A DNA stretch of 64,000 nt from Candidatus Brachythrix odensensis (GTDB lineage: Bacteria; Chloroflexota; Anaerolineae; J036; Brachytrichaceae). Below the pieces are notes generated by a model. It worked only from the letters and a program-made list of their open reading frames with translations, made no database searches and had not been told where the DNA came from. Of this stretch, positions 63,868-64,000 are shown in pieces (position 1 is the first letter of the stretch; every line of letters begins with the position of its first letter). The stretch is from assembly GCA_016714465.1 (NCBI GenBank), contig JADKDT010000005.1, forward strand, positions 58,186 to 122,185, in the 5' to 3' direction. A program made the translations under genes and the position numbers.

Positions 63868-64000
63868 TCACGGCCGGGTGCGCGATTCTGCATTCCGCAT
63901 TCTGACTTCTGAATTCGCCCGCCGCCGCCGGGAGATGATGCTCCAGGCCGCGAAGGGGACCATCAGCAGCGCGATCTGCGCGGTACTCCGGCCGAGTTCG
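63868..64000 (-). CDS. 3' end of a gene continuing beyond the window (hydrophobic C-terminus, function unknown)
   Basis: Hand translation gives ..ELGRSTAQIALLMVPFAAWSIISRRRRANSEVRMRNAESRTRP-stop (TGA at 63868-63870). Not in the ORF track because no start codon lies within the window. Confidence 0.3.
   Translation of the reverse strand, partial: ELGRSTAQIALLMVPFAAWSIISRRRRANSEVRMRNAESRTRP

Overview
This is a high-GC (about 65%) bacterial chromosomal segment. Thr/Pro-rich linkers, many palindromic intergenic repeats and leaderless-type promoters fit a Chloroflexota-like organism, but that is only an inference. I support about 57 protein-coding loci, one tRNA-Arg(UCG), one small 4.5S-type SRP RNA, and more than 25 repeat or hairpin elements in at least six families. 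No rRNA, CRISPR array, transposase or integrase was seen. Layout: (1) 0-6.9 kb: two very large secreted beta-sandwich repeat proteins. (2) 6.9-17 kb: an inositol-type dehydrogenase/dehydratase pair, divergent from a PotD-type ABC importer, a glycerophosphodiesterase and two paralogous PHP phosphoesterases. (3) 17-23 kb: glycosyltransferases, an epimerase, tRNA-Arg, SRP RNA, a G5/3D cell-wall protein and rsmA. (4) 23-37.7 kb: an ArsR plus Cys-tailed flavoprotein pair, a roughly 1226-aa beta-helix surface protein, an IMPase, an orphan Dcm, asd, ugd, two M16 peptidases and acpS. (5) 37.8-47 kb: lipoproteins, a membrane-anchored spermidine-synthase-like protein, and a 530-bp gene-free gap that looks like a replication-origin unwinding module (tandem DnaA boxes, GC cluster, DnaA-trio-like triplets, AT-rich tract). 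(6) 47.1-55.9 kb: a lower-GC accessory island with GNATs, VIT1, an orphan histidine kinase, PepE, DinB, SnoaL, DUF1801, a P-loop kinase, DUF4279 and mazEF. (7) 56-64 kb: aat, a beta-helix protein, GNAT-nhaA, a hydrolase/acyl-CoA-synthetase fusion, and an MNT antitoxin beside a decayed HepT toxin. At least seven otherwise well-conserved genes are each split by one frameshift. This points to assembly indels or to real pseudogenes, and the sequence alone cannot tell which. I did not find a convincing new multi-gene defence-type system; the candidate origin and the repeat families are the most unusual signals.
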